The translations under genes and the position numbers were made by a program. Source: Octopus sinensis (taxonomy: Eukaryota). From it: a stretch of DNA of 64,000 bases. The stretch is from NCBI RefSeq assembly GCF_006345805.1, contig NC_043013.1:5022001-5086000 (forward strand). Direction: 5' to 3'. A model generated the notes under the pieces. It ran no database searches, was not told the DNA's origin, and saw nothing but the letters and a program-made list of their open reading frames with translations. Positions 11,770-24,511 of this stretch are shown piece after piece. Within the stretch, counting starts at the first letter, position 1. The number at the start of each line of letters is the position of its first letter.

Positions 11770-13079
11770 GTATCAAAACACAGAGGTTTGTTTTATTTGA
11801 TGCAAATGTACACATACACATGTGCATATGCACACATGTGTTCATATACATGTGTGTATGCACATATAAATATATGTGTGCAGTTTCAGCTACACATCCA
11901 CAACTTTATCTACAATTTCATACAGATATATATATATACACACACACACAGCTATATATATTTATATATATATATCTACAATTATTTTAATCATGTTTGT
12001 GTTAATTTAGACATGGAAATACTTATGCTGTAGAAATTGTCTCAAGAGAAAAATTCTCATTATAGACAATATTGGAAAAAAACACACTATGGGGACATAA
12101 ATGACTACATCAGACCCTAGGATGCATGCAATAATTAATTGTAGCCTGACAAAATTGTGTACACACCAGCAAATGTACCATTTGCTGTTCTAATATAAGA
12201 CCGAGCTGTTCTTTGTGACTGTGAAGGACAACTCGGTAGCTTTTCTTGATGATCTTCTGTGACGCAGAAATACATATGTCCTATAGTCCAGTGACACAAT
12301 CCATAGCCCAATGGTGTTTTTTATGCATGCTGTCTATAAGACTTCTTTTCTCTTGAGACAATTTCTGCCATATCCATGTGTAGACAGACATGTCAATTAT
12401 GATTGTGCACACCTATTAGACAGCTGTATTTTACCCTTCATAAGGAGATGGTTTCAGAGAGAACTCCTTTCCAAATGGAACCTCAGTTGTCTGCCACAAT
12501 CTGTGAAGGAAAGAAGATCATAAATGACAGGGTGGGATTGAGGGGTAGATTGTATTGAGGTGGTTGACTGACAGAGATTGCTATGTTTGGGGCCAGAGAA
12601 AGGGGTTAACCTCACACTTAGGAATAACCAGTAGAGAAGGCCATGTTTGGTGCCAGAGAAGGAGGTTCACCTCACAGTGAATTCTACCCATCTTTGAGGC
12701 AAAAATGAGAGACACATCAGTATTGGTCTGGTAAAAAGAAAATGATATAAAGAATGAAGATGAAAGCCACAACTTCCTCTCAATGACATCAACCTTTAGG
12801 AAGGTAGAAAAACTGGTGGTAGTCAAAGTGGTGGTAGTCAAAGTGGTGGTGGTGGTAGTTGTAGTAGTAACAGTAGTAGCATTTGTGGATGATGATAGCC
12901 TGTGAATGGGGTGGGAGAGCATAAAGTGCTGGGTAGGTGAGGATATGGAATTAAGATCTGAATTAGCTAACAACCAATTAGCTAACGAGCAATTTTCAGG
13001 TTCTTGGGAATACACAAGTGGAAGATGCATCCAAAGTCTTCATTTATTTGAATGTTGCTTTAACTTACTATTGCACCTG

Positions 13080-13390
13080 CACACACATGCACACTCCACA
13101 CACACACACCACACACACACACTCTCCACACACACACACACACTCTCCACACACACACTCTCCACATACACACTCTCCACATACACACTCTCCACATACA
13201 CACTCTCCACATACACACTCTCCACATACACACTCTCCACATACACACTCTCCACATACACACTCTCCACATACACACTCTCCACATACACACACTCCAC
13301 ATGCACACACACTCCATATATATGCACACACTCCACACACACTCCTCATACACACACACTCCACACATACATACACTCCACACACACACT
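13080..13390. repeat. 15-bp minisatellite (CACTCTCCACATACA)n grown from a (CA)n tract
   Basis: About 9 perfect units at 13157-13290 with degenerate flanks. Confidence 0.93.
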
Positions 13391-14008
13391 TCTCCTACAC
13401 TTCTACTACAATTCTTCCTCTAGCAAACTGATGTGGCAGTAATTCCTGGCATAATTCCAAAACTTGGCACCTTTACTATATTAAAGGTAACCGGCACACC
13501 CTACAATCTCTCCCACACATTTTTCCCTCTCAAATATGTTCTTTATTTTATTTTATTTTCTATTTTATTCTTTAAAATTCTTTCATCTATTTTCATATTA
13601 TTCTTCAAGTAGTTTTAATTTCAAGTGCAAATCTGAAAGTTTAAAGACTTTCAATGAATCATCAGCTGGAAGATAAATATTCCCAAATAATCTTTATCTG
13701 ATTAATTTAGGATGAGATTTATATCGTTACAGTTTAATTTGTTGATTAAATTAGAAGATAGGAATCACAGCTGGCCAAGTTATTTTAAAATACTTACTTA
13801 AAAGTCAAGGGCTCACATCTTGCTTTTGGTTCTCTCTGTTTCTATGGTAACAGTATTTTAGTATTTATACCTCAGTCTCGCTAGCTGTATATAGGTACCA
13901 TGTGTGATATTCTGGACAAGTATCTTCTACATGGCTTTCGGCCTTTGTTTGACCAAAATGAGTGAAATTTGGTTGGCAGAAACTATGCAGAAGTCTGTGT
14001 AGTATATA

Positions 14009-14122
14009 CAGGTGCGGCAGAAGTAACAACCTTTTGTATTTCAGTTTTATAGATTTTAATTGAGTATTTTTATTATTTCCTAAAACTTCTGCACTTTTTA
14101 TTTTCATTAGTGAATTATTCAT
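14009..14122 (-). mobile_element. Tc1/mariner-like MITE half, inverted relative to 14894-15124
   Basis: TA|CAGGTGCGGCAGAAGTAAC terminus; reverse complement of about 15005-15124. Confidence 0.7.
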
Positions 14123-14284
14123 TTCTTTAAGTAATGCAATAAGTTCGTGCCAAACTACTGAGTTGTATGGACATAAACAAACCAACACAGGTGATGGGAA
14201 CAAACACACACACAAACATGAAAGCGTGTAAATCTACAAATATGGCGAATTTATCTATTTTGTTATAGGTTGAATACAAAATGA

Positions 14285-14338
14285 TAAACAGCCTTATTCA
14301 ATTTTCAAACCTTACTGAGCCCTCATCAGAGGTGTTTA
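14285..14338 (-). ncRNA. Type I hammerhead-like motif with long stem I, in a Penelope-LTR-like segment
   Basis: Minus strand reads UAAACACCU-CUGAUGA-GGGC-UCAGUAAG-GUUU-GAAA-AUUGAA-UA-AGGCUGUUUA; TATATAAA lies about 45 nt upstream. Confidence 0.65.
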
Positions 14339-14515
14339 CATTACTTAACTAATCCCCAGACAACCAAATAGCCAATCTCTCTTTATATACACAATAAATC
14401 CAGTGGCTCCACAGAACTGATTAATTTGCATACTACAAGTGTTTTGCACTTTAATTAACATTAGCAACCTGTCAACAAGGATCTCAGTTCACACAATAGC
14501 AAGGTATGATATAAA

Positions 14516-14885
14516 GGTGCAGGAGTGGTAAGAAGCTTGCTTCCCAACCACACGGTTCCGGGTTCAGTTCCACTGCATGGCACCTCGGGCCAGTGTCTTC
14601 TACTATAGCCTCAGGTCAACCAAAGCCTTGTGAGTGGATTTGGTAGATGGAAACTGAAAGAAGCCCGTCAAAATATGTGTATTTGTGTGTCTGTGTTTGT
14701 TTCCCCACCATCGCTTGACAACCAATGCTGGTGCTTTTACGTCCCCATAACTTAGCTGTTCAGCAAAAGGCATCAATAGAATAAGTACTGGGCTTACAAA
14801 GAATAAGTCCTGGGGTCGATTTGTTTGACTAAAGGTGGTGCTCCAACATGGCCACAGTCAAATGACTGAAACAGATAAAAGAATA
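14516..14885 (+). mobile_element. SINE family A
   Basis: Near full-length match to the family. Confidence 0.9.
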
Positions 14886-14893
14886 AGTGAATA

Positions 14894-15124
14894 CTGGGTG
14901 TGGCAGAAGTAACATCCTTTTTTGCATTTAATAACTTTTATCATATATTAAGGTTTATTAAGTACTTATTTTGTCGAGCACAAATTTATTGCATTACTTA
15001 CAGCAATGAATAATAAACTAATGCAAAAAAAAATCACAGAAGTTTTGGAAAATAAAAAAAAAAAATACTCAATTAGAATCTAGAAAACTGAAATACAAAA
15101 GGGCGTCACTTCTGTTGCAACCTG
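14894..15124 (+). mobile_element. Tc1/mariner-like MITE (~230 bp)
   Basis: TA|CTGGGTGTGGCAGAAGTAAC ... GTCACTTCTGTTGCAACCTG imperfect TIRs, AT-rich interior. Confidence 0.7.
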
Positions 15125-15127
15125 GAT

Positions 15128-15392
15128 ATCACATGATCATGTGGCAGATCAGGCTATCAGATGTTATTACACATCGCTGGTCACAATGCACTTTTGCATT
15201 GTTTTAGCCTTCAAATGACGCCACCCTGCTGGCTAGGCGAGCAGGCTAACATCACCACTCCTTTTCAAAAGGGGGAATGGAGTAACATGAAATGAAGTGT
15301 TTTGCTCAAGAACACAACACGCCACCCTGCCAGGGAATCGAACTCACAGTCTAGCGATTGTGAGTGCAACAGCCTAACCACCAGGCCACACA
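15128..15392 (-). mobile_element. tRNA-derived SINE with an E-type head and a D-type tail
   Basis: Head shared with 34295-34405; tail shared with 17885-18000. Confidence 0.8.
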
Positions 15393-15421
15393 CCTTCACA
15401 CACACACTCACACGTACATAC

Positions 15422-15475
<54 letters not shown>

Positions 15476-17699
15476 CGTTTTTGGATTTGGTTTGCAAGAT
15501 TCTTTATATGAGTTTGTGTGTTGAAGCATATTCTGTCGTGTCTGGGGAGGGTCATTCTCTTTTAGTACCTTATTATTTAACACACTCACTGGTAAAATGA
15601 CTCTCCCCAGACACAACAGATTATATATATAATGTTGATTGTAAACAATTAAGGGTTGGCAACAGGAAAGGCATCCGGCCATAGAAAATCTGCTTCAGTA
15701 AACTTTAACCGATGCAATAATGGAAAAGTGAATATTAAAACTGAATGTATGTATGTATGCATGTATGTACGTATGTATGTACATATGTATGTATGTAGCT
15801 TTAGTATTTCATGTTGGGAAGAAAAACAAATGTCAGCCGACACCCAGAGAGGACCCTGACACATTTTAGAAGGAGAGCGATTGATATAGTCAAGTAGACT
15901 GTCGGCTCATGAACCAGTGAAAGAACACACACACAGAACATGCTGTATGCAGTGTATGTGTCTATAAACACATACTTACATATACATATTTATGCATATA
16001 GATCTCTCCCTCTCTCTCTCACACATACAATCTGTGTGTGTAAGTGTGTATATGCATGTATATATCTATATATATGTATGCATATTTATATATCAGTATG
16101 TATATTTACATATATGTATGTATGTGTGTGTGTATATAAATAAATATATATATTATACAAATTTATCTATGTATATATACATATATATGTATGTAAATAC
16201 ATATACACACACACACACACACAAATATATATTTTTATATATATATTTACACAACCACATATCTTCTACAAAATATATAGGTCCCCTTGATCATCTGTGT
16301 CAAAAAAATCTGTGTGTATGTGTGGGTGAAGTAAAATAACCATCTGTAGAAAACAGCTGGATTTCATTGAAAACTTTTCTTTGGAAAAAAAACCAAAAAG
16401 AACTTAGAGAATATAAAAGACCATAAAATTGCTGTTACTGCAGAAGATAAGTTATAATTCTAAACGGCAGCAGATGGTGCCATTGTCTGCTGCTGGTTGT
16501 ATTTGTTTCTTCTTTTATTAAGTAGAAATGCTTAATCGTCCTGCTGCTGTTAGACTCATATCAAAATCTCTTTCCTGCAAACCAATTCTTTTAAAAATCT
16601 AATTTTATGGTTTGTTTGGGGTTTTTTTGTGATTTTTCTGTGATTTTTTTTTGTTGTGCTTCGTCTCTGGTTCTGATACTAATGAATTACAGACGCTTCT
16701 TAATGAGTAAAAATAGTAAATGATGGAGATTACAGTTGTAATGCAGTAATGCTGTAAGTAATATGGTACGGAATCGTGGAGTCATCATTCTTAGCTATGT
16801 TTTGTAGTTTACCTGTATTTTTTTTGTTCTGTGCTAAAATGCCATATATAATATGTACATGTGCACACGCATATGTATGGTGTGTGTGTGTGTGTGTGCA
16901 TAGTCATACACACAGATATATATATATATGTATATGTATTTGCAATATATATTTATAAACATATACATATATATTTATGCGTCTAAATCTCTCTCTCTCT
17001 CTAAATATATATATATATATATATTAGTAAATAAATAAATAATATACATGTGCATATATATATGTATATATATGCATATATGGATATAAGACATCACCAA
17101 CTGTGCAAACAACATAAAATGCATAAACAAACGGGTTACAAAAGTAAATACAGAAAAAGGACCCTTCATCAGTCGTCTTTCTACTCCTCATTTCGAGCAT
17201 TCAAACGAAAATATGAGTCTTCAAAGACAGTTGTTCCCATAAATTCTAAAGTAAAATTTAGGATTAATGGAGGACCAAAGTTGGGAACAAAAAGGAAACT
17301 GAGCGAAAACAAACATGGAGGGTTGTTAGACCAGAATGGGAAGAAAATAGTGAATGCTGGGAGAAATACTTTCTTTGATATGTGTGTGTGTGTGTGTAGG
17401 TATAAATATATATATATATATATAGAAAAATAGAAACACAGATGATATAGATAAGTTTGTGGGAAATTTTCATGTTTTTTTGTGTTATACACCTAAAACT
17501 ATTGGCTGTATATTATATTTACTTCCGTGTCTTCGCGCCATAGAGAAGATCAGGTGTAAACTGGTTGTTTTCTGTAAACTCATATGGGTGGAGACAACTA
17601 AAGTGACATTGTTTACTTTTTTTGATATTATTTATGTTATTACATATGTATGTTTATATGGAAATATATATGTCTGTGTATTTGTGTACATATATATAT

Positions 17700-18003
17700 G
17701 GAGGCGCAATGGCCCAGTGGTTAGGGCAGCAGACTCGCGGTCGTAGGATCGCGGTTTCGATTCCCAGATCGGGTGTTGTGAGTGTTTAGCGAAAACACCT
17801 AAAGCTCCACGAGGCTCCGGCAGGGTGGTGGTGGCGATCCCTGCTGTACTCTTTCACCACAACTTTCTCTCACTCTTTCTACTGTTGGCCTGCTCACTTA
17901 GCCAGCGGGGTGGCGTCATTTGAAGGCTAAAACAATGCTAAGCACATTGTGACCAGCGATGTGTAACAACATTTGATAGCCTGGTCAGTCACGGTGATCA
18001 CCG
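17700..18003 (+). mobile_element. tRNA-derived SINE family D, in (TA)n
   Basis: A box TGGCCCAGTGG, B box GGTTTCGATTCCC, CpG-rich (young-looking). Confidence 0.85.
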
Positions 18004-18088
18004 TGATATATATATATATATATATAATATATATATATATATATACATACATACATATGTATGTGTGTGTATGCGCATGCGTACATGC

Positions 18089-18840
18089 GGGCGTTGCTGT
18101 GTTGGTAAGGAGCCCGTTTTGTAATAACATGGATTCTGGTTCAGTCCCACTTCTTGGCACCTTGGACAAATGTCTTCTACGATAGCTCTAGGCCAACAAA
18201 TGCCTTGTTAGTGAAATTGATTGAGAAACTGTGTGGAAGCCTGTCATGTATGCATATATATCTGTGTGTGTCTGTCTGTCAGTGCATTTTTGGGTTTGTC
18301 TCTGCCACCTCTTGATGACTGGTGTTGGTTTGTTGATGTCCCTTATAACATAGTGGTTCAGCAAAAAGAGTCTGATAGAATAAGTAACAGATTTTCAAAT
18401 AAGTAGTGAGCTTGATTTGTTTGACTAAAACTTCAAGGTGGTGCCCCAGCATGGCCTCAGTTCAATGACTGAAACAAGTTCCGGGTTCAGTCCCGCTGTG
18501 TGGCACCTTGGGCAAGTGTCTTCTACTATAGCTTCGGGCCGACCAAAGCCTTGTGAGTGGATTTGGTAGATGGAAACTGAAAGAAGCCCGTCGTATATAT
18601 GTATATATATATGTGAATGCGTGTGTATGTGTTGGTATGTCTGTGTTTGTCCCCCCCCCCAACATCGCTTGACAACCGATGCTGGTGTGTTTATGCCCCC
18701 GTGACTTAGTGGTTCGGCAAAAGTGTCCAATAGAATAAGTACTAGGCTTACAAAGAATAAGTCCCGGGGTCGATTTGCTCAACTAAAGGCGGTGCTCCAG
18801 CATGGCCGCAGTCAAATGACTGAAACAAATAAAAGAGTAA
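18089..18840 (+). mobile_element. Two tandem SINE A copies (old copy plus 5'-truncated young copy joined near 18478)
   Basis: Tail gactgaaacaagtt runs directly into ccgggttcagtccc. Confidence 0.88.
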
Positions 18841-19050
18841 ATATATAAGTTCAGCAAAAATTTAGATTCAGATGAATATGGTACTTAATTTAGATGCACC
18901 AGAATTCTGTATGGTGTTATCCAGAAAAATCCGTGGGGTGATTATAATCAAAATACTTACAACATTTAATAAAATGATGTAGTACGAAACGATCGTACCA
19001 AATTACCGGAGTCATTCTTGTTACTTATTTTGAATATATATATGTATATA

Positions 19051-19085
<35 letters not shown>

Positions 19086-19162
19086 TGTATCCCTAGACCA
19101 GACAAGTTAAATCTTGATCATATTGGTTCTGCCTTCTGATACCAATGTCCACCATCACCACC

Positions 19163-19224
<62 letters not shown>

Positions 19225-20739
19225 GACTACTACTACGACTACTACTTCTACTTATTTCTATTTTAGATCTAAATCCTGATTCAGCTAACCAATTACAATA
19301 AGTACACACACACACACACACACACATTTTTTTTTTTCATAAGTCACTCTTTAATTTTATCTAAGCTATGAGTCAATAGAAGAGTTTTTAGTACTTAATG
19401 ACTGACTAAAAGCCAGTTTATGGGGTGGATGTGTTTATCTGTGTTTATCTCTGTGTATGTGTATGTGTGTGTGTGTGTGCGTGTTGTTTATATTGTTATT
19501 TTTATTGTTGGTACTGTGTATGTGAATGTCTGTGTGTTGTGCCCATTAAACTTTAGTCTCGCTTCATAATATTACTTGCCCATTTATATATATGTATGTG
19601 TATGTATGTAAAAATATATATGTAGATATATATATATATTTGTATATGTGTATTGAATATGATATATATATACATATACATACATACATATATACATACA
19701 TATATATCATCATCATTACGTTTAATAAAAACATGTTAATGTATGTAGATATATGAATACACACACACATATACACACACATATGATATACAATACACAC
19801 ACACACATATATACTCGCACAGACACGCATGCACACGTCATAAGTTTCTTTTAGTGTTAGACATGGCTTCCAGGAAAGATTTTTATACCTACATAGAAGT
19901 CAACCAGAACAACCTTTATTCCTTTGAAAATCTAGACTGACGCTTAGTCATGTGACTAACTGCCCCCCACCATTTACAGCCTGTTTAGGACCATTATTGT
20001 ATATAGCACATAGAAATGTTAATTATATTCTTGAGAAGATTGTAGGCAGATTTTCTTTTTTTTTTGTCCTCTGTCTTCAATGGTGAGAAGAATTTTCTTC
20101 TTTACAAAGTGTATCCCAGCTTCAGATTAGGTTCCCCCCACACGTCTCTGCGTTTTGTAAGAAATGACTAAAAGGGTTCATGACAAGAATGGCATTAAAG
20201 CATTAAAATCACTTCCGAAGAAAAGCTGTCCAAACCCATTCCAGCTTTGGAAAAGGTTCTAAAATGCCAAGGTGGCATCGGCTGTTGCCATAGTCACAGA
20301 GATGATAACGGTTTGCATAATGGTAGCGGTAACAATGATGATTGATGGTGATGATGATGATGGTAATGACAGTCGTGGTGGTGGTGGTGGGGAGAAATGT
20401 TAAAGAATGAAAATTATTCCTGATGGACATGATAAATATCTTGGAGTAAATGATATGGCATCCTAATTCTAAGCAATATTTTGCAGTAAATATCATAGTA
20501 TCCTTTCTGCTATAGACACAAGGCCTGAAATTTCTTTGATGGTGGCGGGGGTACTTATTTGGTACTTATTTGATCAACCCCCAAAAGGATGAGAAGCAAA
20601 GTAAATTCTGGTGGCATTTGAACTCAGAACATCGTTGCTATATATATATATATATATATATACTACTATTGTGTATATTGAGATCTTATACTAAACATTA
20701 TAATATGATTTTAAATTTTTGCCGCAAGGACAGCTTGAG

Positions 20740-21068
20740 GGAGAAGATTAAGTCGATTACATCGACCCCAGTGCATAACTGGTACTGATTTAAACGACCC
20801 TGGAAGGATGAAAGGCAAAGTTGACGTTGGCGGAATTTGAACTGAAAGAAGCCCATCGTATATGTGTGCATGCGTGTGTGTGTGAGTGTATGTCTGTGTT
20901 TGTCCCCCCACCATTGCTTGACAACCAATAATGGTATGTTTACATCCCTGTAACCTAGAATAAGTTCTAGTCATACAAGGAATAAGTCCAAAGGTCAGTT
21001 TGTTCAGCTAAAGGCGGTGCTCCAGCATGGCCACAGTCAAATGACTGAAACAAGTAAAAGAGTAAAAA
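20740..21068. mobile_element. SINE B fragment (-) abutting SINE A 3' half (+)
   Basis: Junction ggcggaatttgaa|ctgaaagaagccc near 20843. Confidence 0.75.
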
Positions 21069-21264
21069 GGATGGAGAGCCAAGATACATTTATGTATGTA
21101 CGTACAATTTTTCTTTGTGCTTTATTTTTGGTTCTTCTTCAGAGAGTTCAAGCTGGTTGCTAATGAAGAGACAAGACTTTTTTGAGTCAAAAGAGTTTCC
21201 TGTGTTTGTAAATATGTAGTTGAGTTGATGTGTTGGTTGAACTGTCAATGCGCGCACACACACT

Positions 21265-21890
21265 TTTCTACTCTAGGCACAAGGCCTGAAATTTGGGCGG
21301 GGAGTCAATTAGATCGACTCCAGTATGCAACTGGTACTTAATTTATTGATCCTGAAAGGATGAAAGGCAAAGTCGACTTCGGCGGAATTTGAACTCAGAA
21401 CGTAAAGACAGGCAAAATACTGCTAAACATTTCACCCAGCGTGCTAACGTTTCTTATCTCTTTACTGCCCACAAGGGGCTAAACATAGAGGGGACAGACA
21501 AAGGGATTAAGTCGATTACATCGACCCCAGTGCGTAACTGGTACTTAATTTGTCAACCCTGAAAGGATGAAAGCTAAAGTCGACCATGGCAGAATTTGAA
21601 CTCAGAACATAACGGCTGAGATAATACCGCTAAACATTTCACCCAGCGTGCTAACGTTTCTTATTTCTTATTTCTTTTTAGCCCCACAAGGGGCTAAACA
21701 TAGAGGGGACAGACAAAGGGATTAAGTCGATTACATCGACCCAAGTGTGTAACTGGTACTTAATTTATCGACCCTGAAAGGATGAAAGCTAAAGTCGACC
21801 TCGGAGGAATTTGAACTCAGAACGTAACAGCAGACATAATACCGCTAAGCATTTCGCCCAGCGTGCTAACGTTTCTGCCAGCTCGCCTCC
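21265..21890 (-). mobile_element. SINE family B, head-to-tail trimer
   Basis: Three ~200-nt units with gtgctaacgtttc at 21441, 21648 and about 21863. Confidence 0.9.
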
Positions 21891-23370
21891 TTTGTCAGTG
21901 CACACACTTAGGTGTGCACTTCTATTCGCCTAAAGAATCTCATTTGTATGTACGTACGTACGTGCTAATATCTGATAGTGTTATGTTGGTCTGTCTCGGC
22001 TCCATCACAAATCCCCTAAATTTGTACGAACCACACAACTGATTACATATGCCTTACAACAGACAATGATACAAGATTCAGCGATTTCGTTTTAACGATT
22101 TTCTAACGACACCTGAATATGATTATATTTCAAAAATAATTACAGAAACATTTTCAACAATAGAATTAATGTAATAAAAATTACTGAATAAATTAATACA
22201 AAGCCAATTTTCTATGGAATAATTTTAATTATCATTAAGAAGGTTATAATTAACACAGAAAGTTCGTCTGTCAATTGTATGTGTACCACTGCTTTGTTTT
22301 GTTTTTGTTTTGTTTTGTTTTATTGTGTTCAGTTGTAGTTTTATTGTTGTTTTTTTTTTTGTTATTGAAATTACAGTTGTTTTGTTGTCTATTTTATTAT
22401 TTTTTTAGTTTTGTTTCTTTGTCTCTGTTTTTCTTTTTTGTTGTTGTTGTTTTGAACAGTGTGTCATAGTTGTAAATATGTTTCTTTTTATTGTCCTCAG
22501 TGGTGTGCATGTGTGTGTATACATACATACATACATACATACATACATACATAATATATATATACATATACACACACACCCACACGTATGTGTGCATGTA
22601 TTGTAGTTGTATGTATTGGTGTAGGTATGGCTGTGTGGCTTAGATGTTTACTTCTCAACCTCATGGTTTCAGGTTCAGTTCCACACCATGGCACCTTAGG
22701 TGGCTGTCTTGTACTTTAGTCCCTGGCCAACCTGAGCCTCAGAGATCATCACGTGTGTGTGTGTGTTGGTGGGGGGATCTTCCTTTGTCTGTAGTAACCG
22801 TTAATCATAAGACAGCACATGCTAATAGATAGGGCCACTGACATGCTAGAAATAACAACCAGTTTCCCTCAGACTACACCTTCAACATTTAAAAACAACA
22901 GATGAGGGGAAGGACAAATTACATCAACCAACGTAGTCTTTCCTTTACAAACTCAACATGGTGGCCATAGCTGGAACACCTTTGACACAACATCCACTGC
23001 TCCAAACATGACTAACCTGGTGGGGGACGCTAAACAACACCATTAATAGTACATGGTGCCATTGTTACCTAACATTATACATTCACATAATGTCTATTAT
23101 CAATACAGCTACCTCCAATATATATGTGTGTGTGGTGTGTGCGTGTGTGTGTGTGTGTGTGGTGTGTGTGTGTGTGTGCGTGCGTGTGTGTGTGTGTGTG
23201 TGCATGTGTGTGTATAAATGTATACACTCACCCTTCACCTTATACCTTTAATTGCAAACCATTCTCACACCTCACCTTTGCTGCTTCGTCATCCATTCAG
23301 GATAATATTTCACATCTAACAAATATACATGACTCATTTCTTTTCTTCCTTCTCCCAAACATATCCAATA

Positions 23371-23408
<38 letters not shown>

Positions 23409-23645
23409 TGTGTGTGTGTACATTTTCAATACATGTTTTATCTGTCTATTTATCTCTGTTTACAAGTATATATTATAATGTCTGTGTGAATGTATATATA
23501 AATGTGTGTATCATCATAATGTATATAGCATGTATATTTATCTATATATCTCTATATATATATACACACACACACCACACACCACACACACACACACACA
23601 CATATAATATATATACTATATATAGCTTATATATACACACATGTA

Positions 23646-23908
23646 TCTCGTCTGGCACCTGTGTCGTGGTCGGTGGCAGGCACAAAAAAACACATCCGAG
23701 CGTGCCGTCTGCAGCCTCGTCTGGCACCTGTGTCGGTGGCACATAAAATCACCCACTACACATCTCGGAGTGGTTGGCGTTAGGAAGGGCATCCAGCTGT
23801 AGAAACACTGCACATCTGGACTGGCCTGGTGCAGCCTTCGGGCTTTCCAGACCCAGTTGAACCGTCCAACCCATGCTAGCATGGAAAGCGGACGTTAAAC
23901 GATGATGA
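23646..23908 (+). mobile_element. Repeat family C
   Basis: Two internal modules plus the common tail. Confidence 0.85.
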
Positions 23909-24048
23909 TTGATGATTGATATGAAGAGTAAAAATTAGCTTAATGGTTTTTAAAAAAACTAACATTATTTTGGGTAGATTTCGGCATGTAAATATAACTA
24001 TTAACGGTAGGAACTTCTATAAAAGTTCAATATATAGTTTGTATATAT

Positions 24049-24086
<38 letters not shown>

Positions 24087-24154
24087 CCCCAGCATGGCCA
24101 CAGCTCATTAGCTGAAACTGGAAAAATCAAAATCATATATATATATATATATAT

Positions 24155-24511
24155 ATTCAGCTGAGTTTGTTTTGAGTGTTGTGCCTCACAGAGGTGAGGT
24201 GACTGAGTTCCTTTTGAGTGTTGAGCCTCATAGAGGCAATGACTAAGACCTTTGGCATTATGTCATGCTTGAGAAGAAGACCCATCAAACCAAGCAAAAT
24301 TGCAGTCGTGGCAGATACCAATGTCACACAAATGGCACATAAAAGCACCCATTTCACTCTCAGAGTGGTTGGCATTAGGAAGGGCATCCAGCCACAGAAA
24401 ACCATGCCAAATCAGACTGGAGCCTGGTGCAACCTTCCAGCATGCCAGCCCAGTCAAACTGTCCAATCCATGCCAGCATGGACAATGGACGTTAAACGAT
24501 GATGATGATGA
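24155..24511 (+). mobile_element. Family C tail with upstream RTE-like 3' sequence
   Basis: Common tail ending gacgttaaacgatgatgatg; the upstream part differs from other copies. Confidence 0.7.

Noticed and set aside
12906-13442. Repetitive ORFs (TYTLS)n / (HTHSP)n
   Set aside because: Translation of a 15-bp minisatellite that is open in most frames on both strands.
17700-17775. tRNA gene
   Set aside because: A and B boxes are present but there is no closing acceptor stem, and it continues into a SINE body. The same applies to family A, B and E heads.
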